A DNA stretch of 63,722 nucleotides, the filler included, from Octopus bimaculoides (lineage: Eukaryota): assembly GCF_001194135.2 (NCBI RefSeq). It is 4 parts of 4 records of this genome, joined end to end, with 100 filler letters (N's around TTAATTAATTAA, not from the genome) between each part and the next. Parts side by side here need not be neighbours in the genome. Positions count along the whole stretch, not along the records: positions 46,444 to 62,246 come from NC_069000.1; positions 62,347 to 63,722 come from NC_068997.1; 2 more parts are not named here. One strand, given 5' to 3'. Within the stretch, counting starts at the first letter, position 1; each line of letters opens with the position of its first letter. The position numbers were made by a program, and so were the translations under genes. The notes beneath the pieces were generated by a model. That model saw nothing but the letters and a program-made list of their open reading frames with translations, was not told the origin of the DNA and made no database searches. This document shows, piece after piece, positions 48,576 to 62,846 of the stretch.

Positions 48576-50150
48576 ATGTATGTATGTATGTATGCATGTA
48601 TGTATGTATGTATGTATGTATGCATATACATACATACATTCATACATACATACATATATGTGTGTGTATGTACATATGCATGCGTATATGTGTGTGTGTG
48701 TGTATGTATGCACGCATGTGGAGGGGGGGCATATATAAATATATATATCTGCATATATGTACATAAAATATACATGCAGATATATGTTTACACACACACA
48801 CATGTATATGTATGTGTGCATACACACACAGACAGACACACACAGACACAGACACACACACACATATGTACATGTGACGATAAAAATACATTTGAGAATA
48901 ATGAGAATTTAGAAAGTCTTGCATAGTTTTATCATGTCACCACTTAATTGAATTAGCAACACTTGGATTATCTGATTCCATTTTAGGAACAGGTTGGCTC
49001 TTTACTTCGTAAAGTTAATCTTTATCTCTTTTGTATAGGAATAAAGAATTTCAGTAAACTTGGCTGGTTTACACAGACATGTACTTACAGACACACATTC
49101 GCGGACACAGCAATATACAGAGACGTACAGACACTAATACATACATTTACATATAAACACGCATGCACTACCCACACAAACACCCACATGCATACAATGT
49201 ATATATATATATATATATATACAGATACACACTTATGTATATGTATAAATACATACATACATACATACATACATATTGATGTATGTATATGTACATATAT
49301 ACATGTATGTATACGTATAGTTATATACTTATGTGTATATATATATATATATGTGTATGTGTGTGTTTCTGTGTGTATATATACATTCATGTATATATAT
49401 ATTTATATATATATATATTTGCACACATATATGTATGTGTGTGTATACATGGATTACTTTGCTTTAATGAGGACTGGCTACTTGGATTAAACATGTATAT
49501 TGGAACGAATCTTTGACGATGTTAATATCATTAAAAAAACGTCCCCGTTCAACACATATACACAACACGACAGGCGTCTTATATATCCTTCTAAAAGCTT
49601 TCTAAATATTCCAAATAAGAAATGTAAACGGAATCAACCAATCAATATGCAGAATTTCTATCCCCTACTTTCTCTAATTCGTTTTAAATTTATGTTTCTG
49701 TAATGAGTTAATGATCTAGTACATAACAGTTATCAATTTAATTAATGATAAGATTTTATAACTATGAAAAACAGAAAGCAAACAAAAGAGCAACAACGTA
49801 CATATTAAACCTCGTGTCAAATGTCATATAACAATTAACTGATGTTTATTTATGATATAAAGTTTTTATGTACGTCATATATATATATTACAAGTCTCTA
49901 TGACATCATTGTCATGGCCGTAGTCATTCTTATATATATATGAAGGAACATTGATGTTTGCTGTCAGATGTACAACATCCTTTTATTATATTCTGACTTC
50001 CTTATATTTAATATATATATGTTATATATGTATACATGTATGTGTGTAATATATATATATACATAAATACATATATATGTGTATATATATTATATTTTTT
50101 AAATTATATTATATACATGAATTACATATTACAATATATATAAATATATT

Positions 50151-50197
<47 letters not shown>

Positions 50198-50376
50198 NNN
50201 NNNNNNNNNNNNNNNNNNNNNNNNNNNNNNNNNNNNNNNNNNNNNNNNNNNNNNNNNNNNNNNNNNNNNNNNNNNNNNNNNNNNNNNNNNNNNNNNNNNN
50301 NNNNNNNNNNNNATATATACATACGTTTATGAATTGTGTTGCAAGAATCTTGATGTGAAGTGGTGCGTTGAAACAG

Positions 50377-50767
50377 ATATTGTTGTATTTCGGGAAGGAC
50401 ATTTTTTTTTTTTTTGGCAAATAGAAAATCACACGCACTATATATTTGTTCTTCACTCATTTATTACTCTTTTTATTCTAACTCCTGTCAATTGTCCGGA
50501 TATCTTTCGTCACACATCTGTGACCTCCTCAGCGACACTTTCCGCCTCCGTGTGTGTTCTTGTTCTGCTTATTCCATTCTCAGAGAATGGAAGACGGAAA
50601 GTGTCACTGTGCGTAGGTCAAAGATGTGTGACTAAAGATTTCCGGACAATGGACATGAGTTAGAATGAGAACAGGAATAAACGCGTGAAGAACAAATATA
50701 TACTTAGTGTGTCTATTTGGCAAAAACAAAAAAAAACAAAAACAACCGTCCCGAACTACAACAATAT
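50377..50767. repeat. Palindrome of about 390 bp with a 1-nt loop
   Basis: Centre ttccattctc-a-gagaatggaa (50572-50592). Arms atattgttgtatttcggga... and ...tcccgaactacaacaatat. The left arm has an insertion of about 35 nt. Confidence 0.9.
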
Positions 50768-51008
50768 ATATAAATAAATACACACACAAACACATACAAA
50801 GTAAATTAGCACCATTTTCGTTTTTTATAACATGTACCTAGAGAATCAAAATGTCATTTATTGCATTTCAATATTTAATCTAGTATTTAATAGACAGACT
50901 ATGTACAGTTTTTAATGGTTTATCCTATTTGCGCATCGTACAAAGATGTGTCCACATGGATAAAATGGTATAATAAATTTGGATATGTCTGTAAGTGTGC
51001 GTGCGTAG

Positions 51009-51062
<54 letters not shown>

Positions 51063-51063
51063 G

Positions 51064-51136
<73 letters not shown>

Positions 51137-51137
51137 G

Positions 51138-51175
<38 letters not shown>

Positions 51176-51260
51176 CCTATTTACATGTATATGTATATAT
51201 ATGTATTGTATATATATTGATATAGATACAAATATATACATATATACATACGATACATAA

Positions 51261-51308
<48 letters not shown>

Positions 51309-51462
51309 GTATATATATGTATGTATGTATACATGCATATATATATGTGTATACATATATATATACACACACACACACATATATATATATACATATATAT
51401 ACATATACATATATACATATATATACATATATACATATATATATATACATATATATATAGAC

Positions 51463-51509
<47 letters not shown>

Positions 51510-51901
51510 TATACATANNNNNNNNNNNNNNNNNNNNNNNNNNNNNNNNNNNNNNNNNNNNNNNNNNNNNNNNNNNNNNNNNNNNNNNNNNNNNNNNNNN
51601 NNNNNNNNNNNNNNNNNNNNNNNNNNNNNNNNNNNNNNNNNNNNNNNNNNNNNNNNNNNNNNNNNNNNNNNNNNNNNNNNNNNNNNNNNNNNNNNNNNNN
51701 NNNNNNNNNNNNNNNNNNNNNNNNNNNNNNNNNNNNNNNNNNNNNNNNNNNNNNNNNNNNNNNNNNNNNNNNNNNNNNNNNNNNNNNNNNNNNNNNNNNN
51801 NNNNNNNNNNNNNNNNNNNNNNNNNNNNNNNNNNNNNNNNNNNNNNNNNNNNNNNNNNNNNNNNNNNNNNNNNNNNNNNNNNNNNNNNNNNNNNNNNNNN
51901 N

Positions 51902-51932
<31 letters not shown>

Positions 51933-52388
51933 TATGCATATATTTATAAATGACTAGAATCGTGCATGTCTGCCTAACCTTATTCCCAGTAATATCCTCC
52001 GACAAAACATCCAGTCAACCAACGAAAAGCGGTATTTATCAAGGGTAAGTAACTGCGATAGAAACTTTTTAAAATTATATTTGCTAATTTTAACCGTGGT
52101 GACGTCATGTCTGGCTTTTCTAGGTGTCTGGATCTGTCAAAGTTTTTTTTTTCTAAAGTAGTACACTTCTCTACTAGACAACAAACACACCCACACACGC
52201 ATATACATATACTTACCAACCCACAGGCGCTTACACTGTCATAAAAATAGCTTTATGTAGACTCTTTTATTATTCTCATTCGTTTTTACTAGTTTCAGTT
52301 ATTGGTCTTTTGAAAGGATACGGCTTTCGCATTCAAGAGTTCTGTCGTTCACAACTACTAAACTCTACGATTGATATATTTCCTTCTG

Positions 52389-52462
<74 letters not shown>

Positions 52463-52803
52463 ATATCTATCTATCTATCTGTCTATCTATCTATCTATCT
52501 ATCTGTGTGTTTGTCTGTCTAATTTAGATTGATAAATCTAAATTATATTTAGATTTATGTGGATATGTTAGATATACATACATGCATATATACACAAAGA
52601 AACATTTATTATGCGTATTATAAATGTACATGCATGTGTGTGTATCTAGATAGGTATCTAGATAGGTAAATAGATAGATACATAAATAGATAGATAGAAA
52701 GATAGATGGATAGATGATTAGATAGAAACGTAGATAGATAGATATAGATAGATAGATAATTAGATAGAAAGATATAGATAATTAGACAGGAAGATAGATA
52801 GAT

Positions 52804-52872
<69 letters not shown>

Positions 52873-53379
52873 GATAAGTAGATTGTCCCAATTTAGTCAT
52901 CGAAACGCTAGGTTATGTGTTACAAAAGATAGTAAAATAAGGCCTATTTTTAGACTGGCGTAGACATATAGAGGCACACACGATCTATATATATATATAT
53001 CTATAAATAGAAACATATAGACCGTTATAGACTTATATAAATATAAAGGATTTGTTGCAGTTGATATTTGCCAGATTTCTCTCTGAAGTTAATTTTCGAG
53101 CTGATGCTTAAGTAGAATACAATTCACAAAGTGTCGCGCGCTAGATTCGAACCAAGCACAAGGTGGTTTGTGAGACACCCCTTCATGCTACCCCACGATC
53201 TCCATCCTCCACTAATATGAGCTTCTGTGCGTAGGCGCAGATTTTCTATCTACATAGAACTGTGCTTAGAGATGACCGTTGTCTGGGATGGCTAAACCAA
53301 ACTAACGAATAACTTTTAGTCTACGTAATTGTGTATCGTCCGATATATATGTAAGCTTGTATGTGTGTACATATATGTA

Positions 53380-53935
53380 TCTTTTACTTGTGTTAGTCAT
53401 TAGATTGCGGCCATGCTGGGGCACCGCCTTGAATAATCTTAGTCGAACGAATCGACACCAGTGCTTACTTTTTTAAAGCGTGGTACGTATTGTATCGGTC
53501 CCGTTTGCCGGATTGGTAGGTTATAGGGACGTAAACACACCAACACCAGTTGTCAAGCGATGGGGGACAAACACAGACTCACACACACACATGCACGTGC
53601 ACGCACTCAAATACATTAGTGACGGGCTTTGGTTGGCCCGAGGCTAGTGAGGAAGACACTTCTTCAAGGTGTCACACTTAAACTAACATTGAACCCGGAA
53701 CCATGTGGCTGAGTAGCCCCAAACGCCTTACCACACAGCCACGCCTACATCTACACACACACACACACACACACACACGACGAGCTTCCAGTTTCCATCT
53801 ACCAAATCCACTCACAAGACTTTGGTCGGCCCGAAGCTATAGCAGAAAATACTTGCTCAAGATGCCATGCAGTGGGACTGAAGCCGGAACCATGTGACTG
53901 AGAAGTAAGCTTCTTACCACACAGCCACTCCTGCA
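53380..53935 (-). mobile_element. SINE-A pieces (3' half 53380-53600; two 5' halves about 53610-53740 and 53780-53935)
   Basis: Reverse-complement matches to family A. Confidence 0.75.
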
Positions 53936-53977
53936 TACATACATAAACATGCACGCGCACACACGCACACACACACG

Positions 53978-54014
<37 letters not shown>

Positions 54015-54623
54015 TCATGTTACCCCATGTGTCTCCTTGTCTTTAGATAATGAGTCTTTTCCATATTGGCATGTCAGTTACAGAGAAAATTCTTGTGCCT
54101 ATAGATTATCTCCCCTTTTCATTTACTGTTCAACGCAAATGCCACCAGGCATCAGTTCATTTCTCTTTCGAATAGAAGTTTATTTCAATAAATCGAGAAT
54201 TATTCTTGTATGTTATCTGATATACCTTCATTCGACTTTATTGTCCATATTCACATGAATACTCACACTAAATTATTTTTCTCAACTGTTCTTCATTCAG
54301 CTATGTAAATTACGTTACGTCATAAATATTTGCTTTTCCATATATTTTTAAATATAAATTAATACGCCTGGCTGATGACGTCTACGGCGGTAGAAAGCTA
54401 TGTTCACATCTTCCGTTTTATCTCCCAATATTCAAACTGCCTGATTCTTACTACTATTGCCAATCTCAGAGAATTCACGTTTCCTGAGAATATCGCTCTT
54501 CCCATATGGAGTTGACCACATGACATTTGCTTAATCTCCTTTCAAAGGGAAGATAATTTCAGAAAATCAGGAATGTTAATATGATATTTTACATCTCACT
54601 CTCTCTTTCTCTGTCTCTCTCTC

Positions 54624-54658
<35 letters not shown>

Positions 54659-55580
54659 TTCTCTCTCGCTCTCTCTCTCTCTCTCTCTCCNNNNNNNNNN
54701 NNNNNNNNNNNNNNNNNNNNNNNNNNNNNNNNNNNNNNNNNNNNNNNNNNNNNNNNNNNNNNNNNNNNNNNNNNNNNNNNNNNNNNNNNNNNNNNNNNNN
54801 NNNNNNNNNNNNNNNNNNNNNNNNNNNNNNNNNNNNNNNNNNNNNNNNNNNNNNNNNNNNNNNNNNNNNNNNNNNNNNNNNNNNNNNNNNNNNNNNNNNN
54901 NNNNNNNNNNNNNNNNNNNNNNNNNNNNNNNNNNNNNNNNNNNNNNNNNNNNNNNNNNNNNNNNNNNNNNNNNNNNNNNNNNNNNNNNNNNNNNNNNNNN
55001 NNNNNNNNNNNNNNNNNNNNNNNNNNNNNNNNNNNNNNNNNNNNNNNNNNNNNNNNNNNNNNNNNNNNNNNNNNNNNNNNNNNNNNNNNNNNNNNNNNNN
55101 NNNNNNNNNNNNNNNNNNNNNNNNNNNNNNNNNNNNNNNNNNNNNNNNNNNNNNNNNNNNNNNNNNNNNNNNNNNNNNNNNNNNNNNNNNNNNNNNNNNN
55201 NNNNNNNNNNNNNNNNNNNNNNNNNNNNNNNNNNNNNNNNNNATATATAGGAATAGTCACATTAGAAAAAAGAAACAAAAAAAAGAAAACACTACAAACA
55301 AACTTGCTCAAGGTGTAGTGGTTTGAGAGTTGGTTTTGTGACCAGTTGCTAGGTTGTGTGTTCGGTCTTTGAGCATGGCACTGCTTTTCATGTACTTTTC
55401 TGTCTCATAAGGTGAAAATGACAAGCGGTTGTAGGAGGGGTAATTCTGCTATAAATCAGGGTCCCATTCGAGGGAGTGTCTTGTATTTTCTCAGGGAAAC
55501 CTCAATATATTCTGGCCTAATGGACTTGTAGGATCACCTGTGTGTTTGTGTGTATGTGTTGCATATATGAAATGTAAATG

Positions 55581-55810
55581 TATATGGCTTAGTGGTTAAG
55601 ATGTTTCACTTACGATTGCGTGATCGTGGGTTCGATTCCCAGACCGGGCGTTGCGTTGTGATCTTGGGCAAAGCACTTTATTTCACGTTGCTCTGCAATA
55701 ATTTCGTCATCTGATATGTGGCACACTGTACACCTGTACAGGTAATATCGATTTGATGGAGGGATTGAGCTTATGTGTACACAAACGTTGGCACACTGTG
55801 TCACAACGCT
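55581..55810 (+). mobile_element. tRNA-derived SINE family C
   Basis: A box tggcttagtgg (55585), B box ggttcgattcc (55629), then ttgggcaaagcactttatttcacgttgctc. Confidence 0.75.
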
Positions 55811-55883
55811 GATTCTACATAAAATTTGTGTTAAAAGTGCACAATTCTGCAGAATAAGTAGCCACTTAAGCCTTCATTTAATT

Positions 55884-56451
55884 CAAGGGTTCTCAACCAT
55901 TTTTCATCTATGGACTCCTTTATTTTTTTATTCTGGTGGACTCCCATAGAGTTAAAGTAAAGTAAAGTTACTTTCTCGACTCATACCAGTTTCCCGATTT
56001 CATGGCGGAATATATTCTCCACATGGACTGGACACCTGTCCATCACATGATTACTCATTTTTGTCAGCTGAGTGGACTGGAGCAACGTGAAATGAACCGT
56101 TTTGCTCAAGAGCACAACGCATTGCCCGGTCCAGGAATCGAAACCATAATCTTACGATAATGAGTCCAACACCCTAACCACTATGCCACGCGCCTCAACG
56201 TGGACCACCCCCATAGCTATTCGATGTTTAAAAACTAGTTATATAGAAACTTCATCCAAAATTGCTATTTTGTTTGTTCGCATATTAACTGTAAAATGCT
56301 AGAGAAAGAAGCCTCGCTGTTTCTTCAAAAATTTTTTCAGAGGTCCTTAAAATACTATTGAATACCCCCAATTTACAATTTGTGACGTGGACCCCGCCAA
56401 AATCATATATGGACCCACAGGGGTCATATGAACCCCGGTTGAGAAGCACTG
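55884..56451. mobile_element. hAT-type MITE with a perfect 8-bp TSD
   Basis: TIRs CAAGGGTTCTCAACC and GGTTGAGAAGCACTG (12/15 match). TSD ATTTAATT at 55876-55883 and 56452-56459. Confidence 0.9.
55951..56198 (-). mobile_element. SINE-C nested in the hAT MITE
   Basis: Head ggcgcgtggcatagtggttagg...ggtttcgattcc and (ACTTT)n tail. Imperfect flanking duplication gtggac..cccatag. Confidence 0.8.
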
Positions 56452-57065
56452 ATTTAATTGAGTGAAACGAACGCCCATCGTCGAGAACGGTGAAGATCCA
56501 TGTGTGTGTGTGTGCGTGGGTGGGTGTGTCTTTGTATGTGTGTGTGTGTGTGTCTTTGTATGTGTGTGTGTATGTATGTGTCTCGGTATGTGTGTGTGTG
56601 TGTGTGCGTTCGTGTGAGACAGAAGTAGAGGAGAGAGGAGGAGAAAGGAAAAACAGGGAGTGAAAGAAAGAGAGAGAGCGAGAGAGAGGGGAGAAAGAGA
56701 AAGAGAGAAAGACTGTACGGATGTGTATATATATATATTCCTGTCTGTGTCTAAGACAATCTATATATATCTAGTTATCACTTATGTACACATGCTACAA
56801 ATGTTACAACACATAATACTGTACATATGGTTATCACACGGACAAATATGCGTCGATTTAATCGTCGCGTTCGGTTACCTAATATAGAAATGGCTGGCAC
56901 ATTTTAGATGTACACGCATACACGAATACATACACATACATATAGATATACATGTGGATGAATATGTGAGTGTGTGTGCATGCGTGTGTGTATTCATACG
57001 TATGTTTCGGAGTGCCATACATCAGTATATGAACATAGACGCATACCGTACGTACATATCTGTGA

Positions 57066-57121
<56 letters not shown>

Positions 57122-57490
57122 NNNNNNNNNNNNNNNNNNNNNNNNNNNNNNNNNNNNNNNNNNNNNNNNNNNNNNNNNNNNNNNNNNNNNNNNNNNNNNN
57201 NNNNNNNNNNNNNNNNNNNNNNNNNNNNNNNNNNNNNNNNNNNNNNNNNNNNNNNNNNNNNNNNNNNNNNNNNNNNNNNNNNNNNNNNNNNNNNNNNNNN
57301 NNNNNNNNNNNNNNNNNNNNNNNNNNNNNNNNNNNNNNNNNNNNNNNNNNNNNNNNNNNNNNNNNNNNNNNNNNNNNNNNNNNNNNNNNNNNNNNNNNNN
57401 NNNNNNNNNNNNNNNNNNNNNNNNNNNNNNNNNNNNNNNNNNNNNNNNNNNNNNNNNNNNNNNNNNNNNNNNNNNNNNNNNNNNNNNNNN

Positions 57491-57531
<41 letters not shown>

Positions 57532-57903
57532 TACACACACACACAAACACATATATATATATATATATACATATATATACATATACATATATATAAGCAT
57601 ACATATATGTGTGTGTATGTTCAAATATACACATATTCACATACATGCCTATATGCCTACATCACACGCGCTCACGTGTCATGTTAAATATTCGGGACGG
57701 TTAACTCTCAATGTTATTTTCTTGTACGGTTATGTTTCTATTTCCCCAAGCACAACTGTTGCATTGAGCAGAGTGCGTCGCACAATAAAGAATACTGCCC
57801 CGGGGATGTCACTGGGTTTACAATGACAACAACAACAGCAACAAACACAAGAACAACGGCAAACACAAGAACAGCATTGAAGTATAATAATGAAATCATA
57901 ATA

Positions 57904-58108
57904 TTTTCTACAATAAGCACAAAGTCTGAAATGTTTTGGGGGTCGGGTGGGGTGGATATTCGATTACATCGACCCCTTAATTTATCGACCTTCGAAAGGA
58001 TGAAAGGCAAAGTCGACTTCGGCGGAATTTGAATGCAGACGTAGTGGTAGACGAAATACCGCTAAGCATTCCGTCCGGCGTGCTAACGATTCTGCCAGCT
58101 CACCGCCT
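57904..58108 (-). mobile_element. SINE-B adjacent to a long (TAA)n array
   Basis: Well-preserved head ggcggtgagctggcagaatcgttagcacg and family core. Confidence 0.85.
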
Positions 58109-58169
<61 letters not shown>

Positions 58170-58172
58170 GTA

Positions 58173-58210
<38 letters not shown>

Positions 58211-58220
58211 GATAATGGTA

Positions 58221-58286
<66 letters not shown>

Positions 58287-59099
58287 GTAATAGTANNNNN
58301 NNNNNNNNNNNNNNNNNNNNNNNNNNNNNNNNNNNNNNNNNNNNNNNNNNNNNNNNNNNNNNNNNNNNNNNNNNNNNNNNNNNNNNNNNNNNNNNNNNNN
58401 NNNNNNNNNNNNNNNNNNNNNNNNNNNNNNNNNNNNNNNNNNNNNNNNNNNNNNNNNNNNNNNNNNNNNNNNNNNNNNNNNNNNNNNNNNNNNNNNNNNN
58501 NNNNNNNNNNNNNNNNNNNNNNNNNNNNNNNNNNNNNNNNNNNNNNNNNNNNNNNNNNNNNNNNNNNNNNNNNNNNNNNNNNNNNNNNNNNNNNNNNNNN
58601 NNNNNNNNNNNNNNNNNNNNNNNNNNNNNNNNNNNNNNNNNNNNNNNNNNNNNNNNNNNNNNNNNNNNNNNNNNNNNNNNNNNNNNNNNNNNNNNNNNNN
58701 NNNNNNNNNNNNNNNNNNNNNNNNNNNNNNNNNNNNNNNNNNNNNNNNNNNNNNNNNNNNNNNNNNNNNNNNNNNNNNNNNNNNNNNNNNNNNNNNNNNN
58801 NNNNNNNNNNNNNNNNNNNNNNNNNNNNNNNNNNNNNNNNNNNNNNNNNNNNNNNNNNNNNNNNNNNNNNNNNNNNNNNNNNNNNNNNNNNNNNNNNNNN
58901 NNNCTGTACAAATCCAAATATATGGTACCCTAGGCATAACACCTACATGAACTTCTAACGTGTTGTCTCTTGAGGTCTCTGGGTGAGACTTGGATCCAAC
59001 TTGTACAAATGCAAAACAAAAGTCAAACATAAAATAATAATAATTATAATAATAATAATAATAACAATAATAATAATAATAATGATAATAATAATGATA

Positions 59100-59145
<46 letters not shown>

Positions 59146-59232
59146 TAATAATAATAATAATAATGGTAATAGTAATAATAATAATAATAAAATAATAATA
59201 ATAATAAGGGTAATAGTAATAATAATAATAAC

Positions 59233-59281
<49 letters not shown>

Positions 59282-59312
59282 GTAATAATANNNNNNNNNN
59301 ATAATAATAATA

Positions 59313-59373
<61 letters not shown>

Positions 59374-59559
59374 GATCAAATTTCGAAACAAGATTAGCAA
59401 TTGTGGGGCTGAGGGGTAAATCGATTACATTGAACCCAGTGTTCAACTGGTGCTTATTTTATGAACCCCTGAATGGATGAAAGGTTAAGTCGACCTCGGT
59501 AGAATTTGAACTCAGAGCATTTCGCTCGTCACGGTAAGGATTCTGTCAGTTCACTGCCT
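59374..59559 (-). mobile_element. SINE-B between (TAA)n and (TGA)n tracts
   Basis: Family core with an internal deletion. Confidence 0.8.
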
Positions 59560-60236
59560 TAACGATTATGATGATGATGATGATGATGATGATAATAATA
59601 ATAGTAATAATACTCCAGATGGTGCTCGAAAAATAAGGGGTTTTACCTTAGTTCACTGGTAATGAACAACTGACCCCGGAGTACATCTCCACCGTTAGTG
59701 CAAATACAATAAGATAATAATAATATTTTTAACATTGTGAAATATGAATAAGTGAATCCATTGATCTTTGCTGGAGGTTTATTTAACTGAGATCTTGTTA
59801 TTTTGACTAATGCGTTCATATACATCTTATTTTATCGAAATCCATATAGTTAGGTACAGATTGAGGAAATTAGGGTAGATTTTATTGACTAAGAACACTA
59901 CTGAATTCAATTGATATTTATTTTATAATTTCTCGAAAGATGCGATCCAAATGCAATCTTCATCAAGATCTGAGCTCACGTAGCAGCAATGAACTACTTG
60001 GATTTGGGTTCAGTCCCGCTGTGTTCTTCTACTATAGCCAATGAACGACCAAAGCCTTGTGAGTGTATTCGGTTGTTGGAAACGGAAAGAAGCTTGTCGC
60101 GAATGTATGCATGCGTCTGTGTGCATGAAAGTATGTATACACACATACACACTTATATAAGCAAATGAATAACAGTCGATGGATAAATGAGTGTGTATGT
60201 ATGTTTACACACACACACATACATACATACATACAT

Positions 60237-60483
60237 GGTGGTTGTCTACTCCTTAAACAGAGTTTGACCACCTCCTGCACCTACACGTTAGCCCTTTCAT
60301 GGCGTCTGATGTGGCTTTTTAAACCAGACAGTGTTTTGAAAAAACACCCACACAGATTGCACCTCTGATTTGCACTACCAATACCTGCAAGTAAGTTCTG
60401 CTCATTGTGGATCCTAACATGTCTTTTAAGACCCCCATTGGATTTGCAAACCCTCTGGCACACACCACATTCAAACGTGTGCA
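60237..60483 (-). mobile_element. Insert encoding two C2H2 zinc fingers, probably the 3' end of an RTE-like LINE
   Basis: FECGVCQRVCKSNGGLKRHVRIH and CNLCGCFFKTLSGLKSHIRRH*, a short 3' UTR, then (ATGT)n. Also preceded by (TATG)n. No splice acceptor visible. Confidence 0.65.
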
Positions 60484-60517
60484 CATACATACATACATAC
60501 ATACATACATGCATACA

Positions 60518-60553
<36 letters not shown>

Positions 60554-61137
60554 TATATCAATTAGAAAATGGAGGACAATATGCTGAACACAACTACTTG
60601 CAGACAGTGTATCCCGTTGAATTCATTAATTTAATTCATAGCTAAAGTGACAACCCCCCGCCACAAAGTACAGGTGTTTACGACAAACCATGTTATTTTG
60701 CCAACCGGGCTTACAGATAGAAGTACAAGGTATATAAGGAATTAGGGAGTACATATATATGCAAATACTCATATATTGTTTATATATATATATATATGAC
60801 TGTGTGGTAAGTAGCTTGCTTACCAACCACNNNNNNNNNNNNNNNNNNNNNNNNNNNNNNNNNNNNNNNNNNNNNNNNNNNNNNNNNNNNNNNNNNNNNN
60901 NNNNNNNNNNNNNNNNNNNNNNNNNNNNNNATATATATATATATATATATATCTGTGTGTATTTGTGTGCGTGTATGTAAATATGTATATACACACACTA
61001 TACACATACAGAGAAGTTATTAATATATATTATATATACTCGATTTATGGTATATAGATAAATTCACTCACATTGGTATATGTACATACATGCATTGAAT
61101 TATATGTAGACGTACATCTAAGCATTCGCGATATATA

Positions 61138-61186
<49 letters not shown>

Positions 61187-62123
61187 GCAGACATACACAC
61201 TCACACATGCACACGCACATATATACATATATACATGCATACATACACATTCACTGACGTACACATCTGTATATATACTTCTCAGTAGAGATGTCTGCAA
61301 CAGGTCTGCAACTTATAAGAATTTAAATTATGCCAAGTTATTACCCTATTTCCACCGCTGCTGGCTTGTTATGTTGGAATCAGACACTTTAATAAATGCT
61401 TCCTTTGTTTGTAGCTTAAATATGTTTCTTAACGTCCATTCTATACACTACTGACATTACTATGTGCTGAATTTTTTTTCTTTTCGTAGCTATTGGGTTA
61501 TAAGCCTCGAAACTTGATTTTGTGGCTAATAACCGAAGTCAAAATCTTTCAGAACCAAATTTATTTAGATGGAAGCTGAAATCGGGACGTGGCCAAATAA
61601 CCTTTTTATATTCACCCCCGTGTCGATAAATACGGCTTTCTGTTAACTTCAATCAAGTACTCAACTTCCCGCCATAAATCTTCAACCTTATATTAGCTAT
61701 CAATATTATTATTATTGCTATTTTGGGGGCGCTGTTGTGTTGTTATATTGTAAATTTGCATTCCTAAGATTTTATTAAACACTACTAATGGCATTAAAAA
61801 TAATTAGTAATTATTCACTTAAATTTTTAATTTTAATTATCAGCATAATTAGCACTGCCACGTCACCGAACACCCAGTTGCTTAATTCAAAAGCCTCTGT
61901 TAGAATGTTACTAGGCACTTTTATGGTTACGTTACTACTTTTCATTAATTTTGATATATTAATATTTATACTCTGCTTGATATTTTATTGGACTTGTAAA
62001 ACTTTAAAATTAATACATACATATATATATACATATGAATATGCATATATGCACACATATATACACATATACTATAAATATCAGCGTACATAAATGCATA
62101 TGTACATACACACCTACACACAT

Positions 62124-62167
<44 letters not shown>

Positions 62168-62246
62168 TCCATATATAGCAAACGGAAGACAGAAGATAGA
62201 ATATTTTTAATTACAACAATTGCTTTGTGTGTGTGTGTGTGTGTGT

Positions 62247-62346
62247 NNNNNNNNNNNNNNNNNNNNNNNNNNNNNNNNNNNNNNNNNNNNTTAATTAATT
62301 AANNNNNNNNNNNNNNNNNNNNNNNNNNNNNNNNNNNNNNNNNNNN
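62247..62346. other. Artificial scaffold-join spacer N44-TTAATTAATTAA-N44
   Basis: Identical to the two earlier spacers. Confidence 0.95.
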
Positions 62347-62846
62347 AGTGAGCTTAATACGTGTGGAGATAGGGTCGCGATTCATTCACGAATTACGAGT
62401 TCAATCCCCATGGTGCTAGCTCTTCAGATCGCCTCTATCCATGGCACAAATACGCTCAGACGATATGCTGCAGGAATATATTGGTGTCATATCCTGTCCA
62501 GCCTGCCTTATCCCCTTTTGCTTGCTGAAGAGCGAAGACAGCGTGAACACCCACCGATTTGACAGTTGCTATATTAAGTGCTGCAAGACCTCTCAATCTC
62601 TCCCAGGGAGTGAACTCAGCGGGGTTACCGGTTTAGGCAGCAAGAACTCGTCTATAAAAGAGAATGTACAGTTACAGGATATGTATTCAATAGTATGCCT
62701 CACAGAAACTAACTTGTGAGTGATTATATCTGCAGTAACATTCATCGATATGCTTCTGTTTCTATCTCCATTCATGCTACATACAGACTCATAACCCAAC
62801 AAGAAACGCAGACGCATACAGATGTATGCATACATACAAACATACA

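Noticed and set aside
54372-54400. CTGATGA...GAAA hammerhead-like spacing
   Set aside because: Extra bases before stem II; no stem I or III and no cleavage triplet.
56780-56875. Minus frame RRLNRRIFVRVITICTVLCVVTFVAC like SLC22 TM9
   Set aside because: The only phase-compatible donor is weak and would create TAG with the next exon.
59647-59780. Minus frame ending ...LFITSEL(R)|gtaaaa like SLC22 TM4
   Set aside because: Similarity too weak and the acceptor is uncertain.
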